A DNA stretch of 7,287 nucleotides from a virus (Duplodnaviria; Heunggongvirae; Uroviricota; Caudoviricetes), in the IMG/VR virus record IMGVR_UViG_3300011952_000014, positions 1 to 7,287 of that record, one strand, 5' to 3'. The notes beneath the pieces were generated by a model that searched no databases, was not told where the DNA came from, and saw only the letters and a list, made by a program, of their open reading frames with translations. The position numbers and the translations under genes are program-made. Below are positions 6,281-7,287 of the stretch, piece after piece (the first letter of the stretch is position 1; each line of letters begins with the position of its first letter).

Positions 6281-7287
6281 ATGAGCACTAATTTTTTGCA
6301 CGGCCCCCGCACGCTAGAATACGACGACGGCACAAAAGAAATCAGCACGGTAGATATTTCAGTTATCGGGATTGTTGGTACTGCAACGAACGTCGCAGAG
6401 GCTACGAGAGCTTCATTAATGTGGGGTTCATCACTGGCTGATAATCTCGTTGAATTTTCAACGGTATCACCAGGCAGCGACGGTAATAAATGGGTTGTTG
6501 AAATTGTAGATATGACGGTTGATGGCGCAACATGCACTCCGGGATACAGCACGCTGCCCGACGGAACAAAAAAATTAACGATGATTACGGAGCTGGGAAT
6601 GACTCCCAGCAAAATGTATGATCAGAATCAGGGATACAGAGAGGGTAAATCAGACGGAGAATGGATAAATGTAACATTTGGCGGCGATCATTCTGGCACC
6701 GGCACAGTATTCGGCCTCCCGCCGACAAATTTATCTGGCGGAACTGATGATGCATTCCCAATTAATTCACCAGTATTAATTGCAGGCAGTCAGAAAAAAG
6801 CCGCGCTGCTCGGGAAATACGGGACCCTGCCTACCGCAATTTCTGATATTTTAAATCAGACAGATGCGCTAATCGTTGCCGTTCGCGTTGCCGAGAGTAG
6901 CGACGACTCTGATATGAACGAAAATGTTATTGCCGGAATTAACGCGCTGTTGACGTCAGCACAAATTAACGGAGTTACACCACGAATTATTATAGCGCCG
7001 GATTACAGCGCCCGCGATGAGGTCGCAGCGCAAATTGAGGTGGTCGCAAATAAACTTCGCGGCGTTGGATATATTGACTCTCCGCATTTAGCTACACCCG
7101 CAAATGTTGTAAATCGTCGGCAAAATTTCGGAGCGCGCGTAGAATTGTTGCGTCCCCGTGTTTATTCAACTAGCGACGTAGGCGGGCAATCAAGACCATA
7201 TTCAGCCATTGCTGCTGGTTTACGAGCCAGGATAGATAACGAAAAGGGGTTTTGGTGGAGCAAATCGAACCAGAATATCTACGGAGT
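6281..7287 (+). CDS. FI: Contractile tail sheath protein, P2 gpFI family; 5' part only, continues past the window end
   Basis: Hand translation from ATG 6281 is open to the window end: MSTNFLHGPRTLEYDDGTKEISTVDISVIGIVGTATN...DDAFPINSPVLIAG...TPRIIIAPDYSARDEVAAQIEVVANKLRGVGYI...RRQNFGARVELLRP...YSAIAAGLRARIDNEKGFWWSKSNQNIYG. These match P2 FI motifs as recalled (e.g. ALGLRAKIDQEQGWHKTLSN, KPRILGVPGLDTKEVA). AGGAG (6266-6270) lies upstream. Confidence 0.9.
   Translation, partial: MSTNFLHGPRTLEYDDGTKEISTVDISVIGIVGTATNVAEATRASLMWGSSLADNLVEFSTVSPGSDGNKWVVEIVDMTVDGATCTPGYSTLPDGTKKLTMITELGMTPSKMYDQNQGYREGKSDGEWINVTFGGDHSGTGTVFGLPPTNLSGGTDDAFPINSPVLIAGSQKKAALLGKYGTLPTAISDILNQTDALIVAVRVAESSDDSDMNENVIAGINALLTSAQINGVTPRIIIAPDYSARDEVAAQIEVVANKLRGVGYIDSPHLATPANVVNRRQNFGARVELLRPRVYSTSDVGGQSRPYSAIAAGLRARIDNEKGFWWSKSNQNIYG

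Noticed and set aside
5899-6612. Minus-strand ORFs 5899-6096, 6083-6301 and 6253-6612 across the fibre end, small ORF and sheath start; considered as alternative exons of an invertible host-range segment (Mu G / P1 C-like)
   Set aside because: I see no flanking inverted repeats and no invertase gene. The translations are low-complexity, and the + strand carries continuous, motif-supported fibre and sheath frames.
1-7287. Scan for tRNA, CRISPR repeats, att-like direct repeats, integrase or transposase, toxin-antitoxin pairs and defence-system signatures
   Set aside because: None seen. Every sizeable + strand ORF is accounted for by the structural operon, intergenic space is almost nil, and no spaced direct repeats occur.

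Overview
The whole window is one + strand, tightly packed late structural operon of a contractile-tailed (myovirus-type) phage or prophage, with enterobacterial-looking codon usage. From left to right: the 3' end of an upstream structural gene closed by an intrinsic terminator; four translationally coupled ORFs of unrecognised function (294-2311); then a clearly recognisable P2-type baseplate and tail block in P2 gene order: spike gpV (2292-3194), wedge gpW (3197-3538), gpJ (3535-4455), gpI (4458-~5090), a short tail fibre with a gpH-like N-terminal domain (5083-6036), a small AT-rich ORF (6042-6275), and the 5' part of the tail sheath gene FI (6281 to the window end). The sheath gene is absent from the ORF track because it has no stop in the window; I translated it by hand and found it open throughout. 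Family assignments rest on motif-level similarity to P2 proteins recalled from memory, not on any search. Two runs of exactly 10 N (1883-1892, 5047-5056) interrupt two genes, so those gene models are provisional. I see no RNA genes, CRISPR array, integrase, transposase or defence system. The candidates for novelty are the four unassigned ORFs upstream of gpV with no lysis cassette, an enlarged gpV spike, an apparent ~110-aa insertion in the sheath, and the short fibre plus AT-rich small ORF sitting in the slot that holds the Z/fun moron in P2. All minus-strand ORFs in the track look like antisense artefacts.
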